The notes under the pieces: generated by a model
Told to the model about the DNA's origin: nothing
Seen by the model: the letters and a program-made list of their open reading frames with translations, nothing else
Databases searched by the model: none
Program-made: the position numbers and the translations under genes
From: Nitrosomonas europaea
GTDB taxonomy: Bacteria > Pseudomonadota > Gammaproteobacteria > Burkholderiales > Nitrosomonadaceae
NCBI RefSeq assembly: GCF_900167395.1
Contig: NZ_FUWK01000035.1
Location: 1-29,322, forward strand
DNA: 29,322 nt
Reading direction: 5' to 3'
Shown here: positions 29,064-29,322 of the stretch, piece by piece
Layout of the letters: each line of letters starts with the position of its first letter
Position numbering within the stretch: position 1 is the first letter of the stretch

Positions 29064-29322
29064 ATGAAACGCTATGAATTGAACAGGGAGCAATGGTGTC
29101 GAATAGAGCCGTTTATACCGGGGAAAATTGGGGATCGTGGCCGACATGGTGCTGATAATCTATTGTTCATAAATGGTGTTTTATGGGTTTTACGCTCCGG
29201 CGCGCACTGGCATGACCTGCCGGAGCGGTATGGCAAATGGAAAACTGCTCACAAACGCTTTACGCGGTGGGCACAGGCCGGTATTTGGGAAAAGATATTC
29301 GATGTTTTGACCGAAGACCCGG
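29064..29322 (+). CDS. IS5-family (IS427-like, DUF4096 N-terminal domain) transposase, 5' fragment running off the right window edge.
   Basis: This ORF is absent from the ORF track because the frame stays open to the window end. Manual translation from the ATG at 29064 gives MKRYELNREQWCRIEPFIPGKIGDRGRHGADNLLFINGVLWVLRSGAHWHDLPERYGKWKTAHKRFTRWAQAGIWEKIFDVLTEDP. The GxLWVLRxGAxWxDLPERYG-W-x-x-x-x-RFxRW signature is typical of IS5/IS427 orfA. GAGGAA lies 5 nt upstream. The left IS boundary cannot be fixed without the right end. Confidence 0.85.
   Translation, partial: MKRYELNREQWCRIEPFIPGKIGDRGRHGADNLLFINGVLWVLRSGAHWHDLPERYGKWKTAHKRFTRWAQAGIWEKIFDVLTEDP

Noticed and set aside
1-29322. A scan for CRISPR arrays, tandem repeats, rRNA, additional tRNAs, toxin-antitoxin pairs and defence-island gene signatures.
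   Set aside because: Visual inspection found no spaced direct repeats or tandem arrays. All large ORFs outside the IS-scarred edges have clear housekeeping identities. Intergenic gaps within the nuo operon are short (12-85 nt) and featureless.

Overview
Most of this window (about 320-27800) is a conserved core-chromosome block. The gene order is typical of Betaproteobacteria, but I cannot assign a genus without a search. On the minus strand lies tpiA-secG-tRNA-Leu(GAG) followed by a complete, intact 14-gene NADH:quinone oxidoreductase operon (nuoA to nuoN). To its left are a PQQ-type (sorbosone/glucose) dehydrogenase, htpG and a secreted PD40/TolB-like beta-propeller. To its right are gpmA, an EnvC-like degenerate LytM activator, ctpA, a MoeB/ThiF-type adenylyltransferase, a fused ABC exporter and a low-molecular-weight phosphotyrosine phosphatase. 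Both edges are scarred by insertion sequences. The left edge (1-320) is the 3' end of an rve-type, IS481-like element. A 34/36-nt inverted copy of its terminal repeat sits alone at 27802-27837, fused by its inner side to a truncated and frameshifted Wzx/PST-family flippase pseudogene. The right edge carries the 5' end of an IS5-family (IS427-like, DUF4096) transposase. I found no convincing multi-gene novel system: no CRISPR array, defence-island signature, toxin-antitoxin pair or tandem-repeat array. The items most worth a second look are the orphan IS terminus and its non-canonical junction, the decayed polysaccharide locus next to an intact LMW-PTP, the promoter-less tRNA-Leu/nuoA junction, and a perfect 11-bp inverted repeat just upstream of the propeller gene promoter.
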